Below, one piece after another: positions 38,992 to 45,187 of a stretch of 45,187 bases of DNA (the stretch's first letter is position 1; each line of letters starts with the position of its first letter). A model generated the notes under the pieces. The model ran no database searches, was not told the DNA's origin, and saw nothing but the letters and a program-made list of their open reading frames with translations. A program made the position numbers and the translations under genes. The DNA lies in the NCBI GenBank assembly GCA_964430885.1, contig CAYSHM010000017.1, positions 1 through 45,187 of the forward strand, written 5' to 3'. This DNA is from an uncultured archaeon (lineage in GTDB: Archaea; Thermoplasmatota; Penumbrarchaeia; JASLWR01).

Positions 38992-41900
38992 ATGGTACCG
39001 GAAGATAATACACAAAGTGAATCTCAGACAGAGAATTCATATACGCCAGACAAGGTCCAAGCAATAATCACCAAAGTGGAGACCTTGGTAGATCAGAGCA
39101 ACCAAGAGACTTTGAAGGAAAAGGCCCTAAAATACCTTGTTAAATCCAAAGAAGAACTTGGTAAGGACCTGAAACGTTCCCTTTTATTAGCACTTAAAGC
39201 TAAACAGATTCTTCAGGAGGGGAAACCGACCGAGGAAGAAAGCACATCAGAGGAGAAGAAAGAAACTGAAACCCCATTAAAGAAAGCCGAAACGAGTGAA
39301 CAGGTGGAGAAAAAGGAAGAAAAAATCCCGGAAGGAATAACAAAACCGGCGGCTTTGGAGCGAGAAGCAGTACCGGGACTGTCTCCTGAACTGAACGATT
39401 TATTCTACAATGTAAAGGATAGGTTGGAAGTGTGCAAAGGCTTGGGTGCAGACGTTTCTGAACCAGAGGAGCTACTTGACCTTGCCCATAAGGAAATAAG
39501 ATTGGAACAATTCATATTCCTTAAAGAACATCTCAAAAACGCAATTGAGCTTCTGGATACCATTCAGATAGAGTTCTGTGATAAGAAAATTGCTGAGATC
39601 AAGAGTATCCAAGATGATATAGATCCCATTATTCAGAAGATAGAGGAGAGGGAAGGGGATGTGGTAAGTCTTAAAGAAAGGCGCAATGAAATGGTATCTC
39701 TGACCAATGACAGGAAATTCGATAAGGCAAATGAAATGGGCTCTGTATTATTGGCAGATGCGGCTAGATTATTGGAAAGAACCCTTATCCTCACCAATAA
39801 ACAGGAGATCGTCAATCTGAAGAAGGAATTCGATGAATTCCAAGAAATGACCTCAAAGAAGAACCCTGATCTATTGGACCTGCTGAGAGGGGCGGTTTTA
39901 GCCCTGAAGAACAAGGAGCATCAGAAGGTCAATGAGATTGTCGGCGAGTTCAAGATAGGATTCGAAAAATCCCAACAAAGACATCGGAAAAGCCTGCTTA
40001 TTGAACAGCTCGACGGATTGGAGCAGGAGCTGACCTTGGCATTTGAACTAGGGCTCGATGAGACAGAGATAGAAAGCAACCTTCAGCTTATCAAGAATAA
40101 GATGGAAGAGAATGAGCTTGGCCCCATACCAGATCTGATAAAAGGAATAAATGAGAAGATAGAGAAGATCAAAAAGGAAGGAGCAAAGGAGTTCACGGAA
40201 ATGGTCCTTAAAGAGGTCATTGAGCTGGAAAATGAACTGAATGAGAACGAGATATCCATCGATCCTGAAGAGAGGGGAGCTATCGACGGGAGATTGTCCA
40301 AGGCTAAGGAGGCTATGGAAAACAAGTTTTTCCTGGAAGCATACCGATCATCCAGCAAGGCAAAAGAGATATTGGAGGAAAAATGGAGGAATTACAGAGG
40401 TGAAACCGTTGCTCTTGAGATCGAGAAGATAAAGGAATTTCTGGAAAGAAGCCAGGATTATGATTTTGTCGCTCAGAAAGATATTGACGAAATTAGAACA
40501 AATCATCAGAAGGTCATGGAAACCTATGATGAAGGGGACATAGAGAAGGCTTACGACCAGCTCATGGGTATAGAAGGCCTTGTCAAGCTTCAGAGAAATC
40601 TCATCACTGATTTTAATAAATCGGAATCCATGCTGGTGAAGACTCGAGAGCTGATAGAGACTTGTAAACAGGTGGATATTGACACATCTCAGGAAGAAGA
40701 GTTTCTAGAACAGGCCGGAACGTTGTTTGAATCAAGAAGCGATATAAGCAAGACCCTTCAGATACTTCGGAATACCTATAAACTGCTTGAAAGTAAAATG
40801 GAGGACATTAACCGGAGGAAAGCCGATGAAACATTCCAGAAGGCAAAAGGAATGATAGAAAATTATAAGGATCTTCTCGATAACACCGAAGGGTTTACCA
40901 ATGCACTCAACGAGGCAAAGGTTGCCTTTGATGAAAAGGATTATCCCAAAGTACTTGATCTGGCTGGCAACGTGATATCAGATATTGAGCTCATTATCAA
41001 GAGCGGAAGAAAGGAAGCAATAGAGAAAATGCTTTCAATATGTGAAGAACTTATCGAGAAGAACGAGAAATTGAACATCGATATGATGATGACAGAGGCT
41101 CTGATATTCAGAGCTAGAAAGGCGATCAGAACTTCAAATCTGATGATGGCTGACGAATATGCCAATAAAGCCAGAGAAAACGCAAAGAGCGCTCGAAATG
41201 ACTATTTCAAGAATCGGTTGGCAAATAACTTCAAACAATCTGTAGAACAGATAGCTTTCGGCAGGGAACTAGGTTTGGAACTGGACGCAGTATCTAGTGA
41301 GATTGACGAACTGAGTAAAAAGCAGGGGAGCACACCTCCTGAGGATCTGTATCAGGAATTAATAAAGGTCACTGATGAACTGAATACCAAGACCCAATCC
41401 ATTCTCATGGAGATGCTGAACAAAGAGGAGGAGGGGATAAAGGAGCTGCTTGCGGAATCTAGAGAAGAAGGACTGCAGATTGAGGGAGATGGGGGTCTTT
41501 CAGTGATCGAAGTCATGAAGGAGAAGGAGGAACTGCGGGAAGCTTTAGACCTTGCTAAAATATCCAGGGAGTCTCTAACCCGAAAATTCAATTCATTCAT
41601 GAAGATCAAATATAGTTCTCTGATAGGAGATTACAAGGTTGAGATAACAGCGGTTGAAACTGAGATAGGCAGTGAACAGCCAGAGCTTCAGGTTCATTTG
41701 ATGGAGATAAACGATGCTTATGAGGACGGGAATTTTAAAAAGCTTAAGGCGGCTGTGAATGAATATAAGAACACAAAGACGAATCTCCGAAATCAATTCA
41801 ATGCTGAAAAATATTCAAAGGAACTGAAGCTGATAGATGAGGAGAGCGCACCCCTCAAGGACCTGAACCTGGACATATCCCAGCTTCTGTCCTTGACGGC

Positions 41901-44900
41901 ATTGGCTTTTGAGAAGGTCAACTCTCTTGAACTGGATGATATGAAAGGTCTTCTAAATGAAATAAAGGACCAGATGGAAATTATCAGATCGGTCAAATCA
42001 AAGAGCCTTGCCGGGACCATGATAGCTAGAACCAAAGTGCTCATGGATGAAGCCAGTAAAATGAATCTCAGCTTGGACAGGGCATCCGCCCTAATAAAAG
42101 ATGCTGCTGAATCCATCAAGAAAGGGAACTATATCAAGGGATGCATTATCTCCAGTACGGTCCACAAAGAGATAGAGGAAAGAAAGAAGGATGCATATCT
42201 CCAGAATTCACTTACTTCTCTCAGGGAATGTCAAAAACTTCTAGGTGTGGCCACAGATCTCAGTCTTGACGTTACTGATATACTTGGAAGTTTGGCCGAT
42301 GCAAAGGACCTCTTCGACAAGGAAGAATATCAGCCTGCTTATGAGACTGCCCAGATTGTTGTCACCTCCCTTCAGGGAAGGATCAATGAGAAGATGGAAA
42401 CATTAGTCACCGGCAACAAGGATAAATTGGAGGAACTTATTGCAAAATTGGAAACAATGGATATGGATATGAAAGGGTTCACACAAGAGCTTATGGAGAT
42501 CTCCCAGTTATGTTCGGATGGCGATTTCAACAGATGCAGGGAGCTCATTACAGGATTTGAGACGAAATTAATGGAAAGCTTTGGGGAGTATTATATCCAA
42601 ATGAGAAAGACAGATAGGAACAACCTTGTCACTCTCAGAGAAAAAGGAGGTAAGGACACCGCCTTCCTAGAAGAGCTTCAGGAAGATATCAACAAAGCTT
42701 TCAAGATCCAGGATATTACGAAAATGAGTGAACTCTATATGCGGTTCAAGGAAGAATATCAAAAATTAGAACTTTCCTATCTTGCTGTTGCCTACAAAGA
42801 AACAATCGCCGATCTGGAGAAGGAAATTGACGGACTTGAGAAAATGGGATTGGATGTCAAGGATATCAAAGATAACTTCAATTCTGCAGCTGAACTTCTG
42901 GAAGAGGAGGATTTTGGCGGATTCAAGACTGTTATGGATGAATTGAAAAAGGGCCTAGACACCCTGAAATCCCAGGGTTCGGCAGATACCTTAAAGATCT
43001 TAGATGTGGAGATACAGCAGCTGTTGACCCAATTGACCAAGGCAGAGGTGGAATTGACAGAAGAAATACAGATGGTAAAACGGTATCAGTCACTGCAGTC
43101 CATCGGAAAACATTTCGAGGCGCTCCAGCTAGCTAATGGAACCAAAGAGGAACTCAGGAAAGCGGAAAGGGAATATTATATCGAGATGAGCACAATCTCC
43201 ATGAATGAAGCAAAGAAACTTCTCAATGAAGCTGATGAACTGGAATTGGATGTGGAGTTCATTACCGAGATGGTAAGCAAGAGCAAGCAGTATTTCGAAC
43301 AGGAGAAATTCCAGGAAGCAAATCAGTTTGCCAATAGAGGAAACCGGTTCCTAAAAGAGATTATCGAGAGCAAGCGGTTTAAGATGATCAATTCGGAAAG
43401 AAGAAAGATCAATGGGCTCATCAAAAGATCCGAGGACGAAGGTGTTGATATTTCCAAGGAAATGGAGATCGCTGACCAGTTCGACAACATGCTCAAGGAA
43501 GAACGCTACCGTGACCTTGTTATCATCATGGGAAAAACAAAGGAGAGTATACTCAACAAGATAAATTCAATATCCGAACAATTCATCCCTCTTATTAATA
43601 ACACTGCTGATAGTTTCCTTGAGCTTAAATCATTGACCGCTGAAGAATATCCTGCACTCCAAAACGATATTGAAGCCGCAGGAACTATGCTGGATGCACT
43701 CAAGTACGAACATTTCAAGAATAAATTGGAAAAAATCAACGGCCAGATAAAGGAAAGAAAGGAGTCCTTCCTAACCGAAAAATACAGCCAGATGCTGGAC
43801 TTGGCCGAGAAGCGGCTGGAGGAGATTTCGGTCCTCGGACTGAATGTAGCCGGCAAGATCGATGTTATCGGAACAGCTAGAAAAGCCATTGCAGAAGGTA
43901 AATATGATCAGGCGGGCAAGATCTGCAGCCAGTTGGAGGAGATGATAAGGGATACAATAAACGAGGATGTCAAGAGGTATTCCCTGGATATAACAAAGGA
44001 AGTAAAGGACATCATATCAGAACTGAAGGAAACCGACATTGACATTTCCAAGGAAATGGAAAGCTATAAGGCTGCTATATTGGTACTCAAGGAAAGGAAA
44101 TTCGTGGAAGCTGGAAATCAGATACGGGCGATAAAGGGGGCCCTGGAAGGCTTTATCAAGGAGCAGAAGGTAGCCAAGGTTTCCCAGACCGTTAATTCCA
44201 TTCAGACCCTAATGTTGAAGGGTATTGAGATGGGACTGGATGTCACCTTTGCTGTGGAATGTCTCGGGGACAGCAGATCGTTGATAGACCAGGAGAAGCT
44301 TGATGAGGCCATTGAACTCACATCAAATGCAAAGAAAAGGATAGTTGAACTGCTTGACAATAAACTGGACGGATTGATTGGCAAGGAAATCAAGAACATC
44401 GAGGATTTGAGTGCAGTTGCCAAGGAGAATAATATACAAGTGGATGCCGAGCTTGATGAATATTTGGATTGTGTTGGTAAAAGGGAGAGAGGCGAACTGG
44501 ATGATCCTCTGCCCCTTTTCAAAGAGCTATATGCAAAGTTCAAACTGAGGATATCCGACTATTTCAGGAACCGCATCAATACCGCCAAGGATGAACTGAA
44601 AGGAATTGAACATGAAGCAGGTGAGGAATTGACTCTAATGGAGGGATATATTACTCAAGCTGAGAACAATCTATTAATGTCCAATTACAATGACATCGAA
44701 ACAGCACTTGATCATTTCCGAATCGAATTACAGAAAAAAATGGAATCCTCAAAGGTGTCTGGCCATCTCAAGGAGCTAAATGATGTTCAGGCGGATATTG
44801 CAAAATATTACGACCTTGGTTTGGATATGACTGAGACAATGGAATTGATGCTCACCGCAAAGAAGCATCTTGATAACGAAGATCTTTCTTCCTACAAGAC

Positions 44901-45187
44901 CCTGGAACCTGTTATCGCGGAGAAAGTCGCAGAGATGAAGGGGGCCAAGATCAAGGATTACATCAAGGAACTGGTAAATAAATCCAAGGAACTGATGAAC
45001 TCTTTGAAGGAATTGAAAGTGAACCTTTCAGTTGAACAAAAAAAGTTCAAGGAAATTGTTCTCATTATCAAGGAGAAGGATTTCCTCAAGGGTGCTAAAG
45101 GGTTATTAGACCTAACTAGCAATCTGGAGGTGATATCCGAACAATTCATCCCTCTTATTAATAACACTGCTGATAGTTTCCTTGAGC
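38992..45187 (+). CDS. Giant alpha-helical repeat protein (>2060 aa, 3' end outside the window)
   Basis: ATG at 38992 (MVPEDNTQSESQ...). Every frame-1 segment I translated is open, and the track has no stop-terminated ORF in this frame, consistent with an ORF running off the window. E/K/L-rich with a 66-aa period. Confidence 0.92.
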   Translation, partial: MVPEDNTQSESQTENSYTPDKVQAIITKVETLVDQSNQETLKEKALKYLVKSKEELGKDLKRSLLLALKAKQILQEGKPTEEESTSEEKKETETPLKKAETSEQVEKKEEKIPEGITKPAALEREAVPGLSPELNDLFYNVKDRLEVCKGLGADVSEPEELLDLAHKEIRLEQFIFLKEHLKNAIELLDTIQIEFCDKKIAEIKSIQDDIDPIIQKIEEREGDVVSLKERRNEMVSLTNDRKFDKANEMGSVLLADAARLLERTLILTNKQEIVNLKKEFDEFQEMTSKKNPDLLDLLRGAVLALKNKEHQKVNEIVGEFKIGFEKSQQRHRKSLLIEQLDGLEQELTLAFELGLDETEIESNLQLIKNKMEENELGPIPDLIKGINEKIEKIKKEGAKEFTEMVLKEVIELENELNENEISIDPEERGAIDGRLSKAKEAMENKFFLEAYRSSSKAKEILEEKWRNYRGETVALEIEKIKEFLERSQDYDFVAQKDIDEIRTNHQKVMETYDEGDIEKAYDQLMGIEGLVKLQRNLITDFNKSESMLVKTRELIETCKQVDIDTSQEEEFLEQAGTLFESRSDISKTLQILRNTYKLLESKMEDINRRKADETFQKAKGMIENYKDLLDNTEGFTNALNEAKVAFDEKDYPKVLDLAGNVISDIELIIKSGRKEAIEKMLSICEELIEKNEKLNIDMMMTEALIFRARKAIRTSNLMMADEYANKARENAKSARNDYFKNRLANNFKQSVEQIAFGRELGLELDAVSSEIDELSKKQGSTPPEDLYQELIKVTDELNTKTQSILMEMLNKEEEGIKELLAESREEGLQIEGDGGLSVIEVMKEKEELREALDLAKISRESLTRKFNSFMKIKYSSLIGDYKVEITAVETEIGSEQPELQVHLMEINDAYEDGNFKKLKAAVNEYKNTKTNLRNQFNAEKYSKELKLIDEESAPLKDLNLDISQLLSLTALAFEKVNSLELDDMKGLLNEIKDQMEIIRSVKSKSLAGTMIARTKVLMDEASKMNLSLDRASALIKDAAESIKKGNYIKGCIISSTVHKEIEERKKDAYLQNSLTSLRECQKLLGVATDLSLDVTDILGSLADAKDLFDKEEYQPAYETAQIVVTSLQGRINEKMETLVTGNKDKLEELIAKLETMDMDMKGFTQELMEISQLCSDGDFNRCRELITGFETKLMESFGEYYIQMRKTDRNNLVTLREKGGKDTAFLEELQEDINKAFKIQDITKMSELYMRFKEEYQKLELSYLAVAYKETIADLEKEIDGLEKMGLDVKDIKDNFNSAAELLEEEDFGGFKTVMDELKKGLDTLKSQGSADTLKILDVEIQQLLTQLTKAEVELTEEIQMVKRYQSLQSIGKHFEALQLANGTKEELRKAEREYYIEMSTISMNEAKKLLNEADELELDVEFITEMVSKSKQYFEQEKFQEANQFANRGNRFLKEIIESKRFKMINSERRKINGLIKRSEDEGVDISKEMEIADQFDNMLKEERYRDLVIIMGKTKESILNKINSISEQFIPLINNTADSFLELKSLTAEEYPALQNDIEAAGTMLDALKYEHFKNKLEKINGQIKERKESFLTEKYSQMLDLAEKRLEEISVLGLNVAGKIDVIGTARKAIAEGKYDQAGKICSQLEEMIRDTINEDVKRYSLDITKEVKDIISELKETDIDISKEMESYKAAILVLKERKFVEAGNQIRAIKGALEGFIKEQKVAKVSQTVNSIQTLMLKGIEMGLDVTFAVECLGDSRSLIDQEKLDEAIELTSNAKKRIVELLDNKLDGLIGKEIKNIEDLSAVAKENNIQVDAELDEYLDCVGKRERGELDDPLPLFKELYAKFKLRISDYFRNRINTAKDELKGIEHEAGEELTLMEGYITQAENNLLMSNYNDIETALDHFRIELQKKMESSKVSGHLKELNDVQADIAKYYDLGLDMTETMELMLTAKKHLDNEDLSSYKTLEPVIAEKVAEMKGAKIKDYIKELVNKSKELMNSLKELKVNLSVEQKKFKEIVLIIKEKDFLKGAKGLLDLTSNLEVISEQFIPLINNTADSFLE
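39445..45120 (+). repeat. About 29 degenerate 198-bp (66-aa) coding repeats
   Basis: The G/N/D-h-D-h turn recurs at 41074, 41272, 41470, 41668, 41866, 42064, 42262, 42460, 42649, 42847, 43045, 43243, 43441, 43639, 43837, 44035, 44233, 44431, 44620, 44818 and 45016, and less regularly from 39445. Confidence 0.8.
43570..43624 (+). repeat. 55-bp exact direct repeat, copy 1
   Basis: ATATCCGAACAATTCATCCCTCTTATTAATAACACTGCTGATAGTTTCCTTGAGC is identical to 45133-45187. Confidence 0.95.
45133..45187 (+). repeat. 55-bp exact direct repeat, copy 2 (end of window)
   Basis: Identical to 43570-43624; the 1563-nt offset is in frame. Confidence 0.95.

Noticed and set aside
38737-39015. 92-aa minus-strand ORF
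   Set aside because: AT-rich intergenic composition, overlaps the start of the giant ORF, no recognisable motifs.
39633-45167. Many 60-130 aa minus-strand ORFs rich in Ser/Phe/Leu
   Set aside because: Antisense shadows of the E/K-rich giant ORF. The same applies to the short antisense and alternative-frame ORFs overlapping other genes across the window.
1-45187. Sec/Pyl recoding, inteins, tRNA/rRNA genes and IS elements
   Set aside because: The recognised genes look full length with no continuation past their stops, and I saw no intein, tRNA, rRNA or transposase signatures by eye. tRNAscan-SE and Infernal would confirm.

Overview
Gene-dense archaeal chromosomal segment, probably Thermoplasmatota-like. 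This rests on family-B polymerase, RNase HII, archease, MptE, a DUF835 domain, GGTGA/GGAGG ribosome-binding sites and TATA-like promoters; the taxon is an inference. I find about 25 CDS and no rRNA, tRNA, CRISPR array or mobile element. Housekeeping and metabolic genes (malic enzyme, rnhB, surE, polB, archease, 8-oxoguanine deaminase, mptE, fused 5-oxoprolinase) alternate with large surface or membrane proteins. The most unusual items are: (1) a giant ORF absent from the ORF track (38992 to beyond the window end, >2060 aa) built from ~29 strictly phased 66-aa helical repeats, whose last 55 bp exactly duplicate an internal segment; (2) a 1655-aa HerA/DUF87-type ATPase fused to acidic disordered linkers, an internal DUF835 domain and a winged-helix C-terminus; (3) an AroD-like probable pseudoenzyme with a ~110-aa acidic insertion; (4) an E1-like ThiF enzyme co-oriented with two membrane proteins and no visible ubiquitin-like partner; (5) several membrane proteins and proteases with cytoplasmic Zn ribbons. 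All family calls come from motif recognition by eye; no searches were run.
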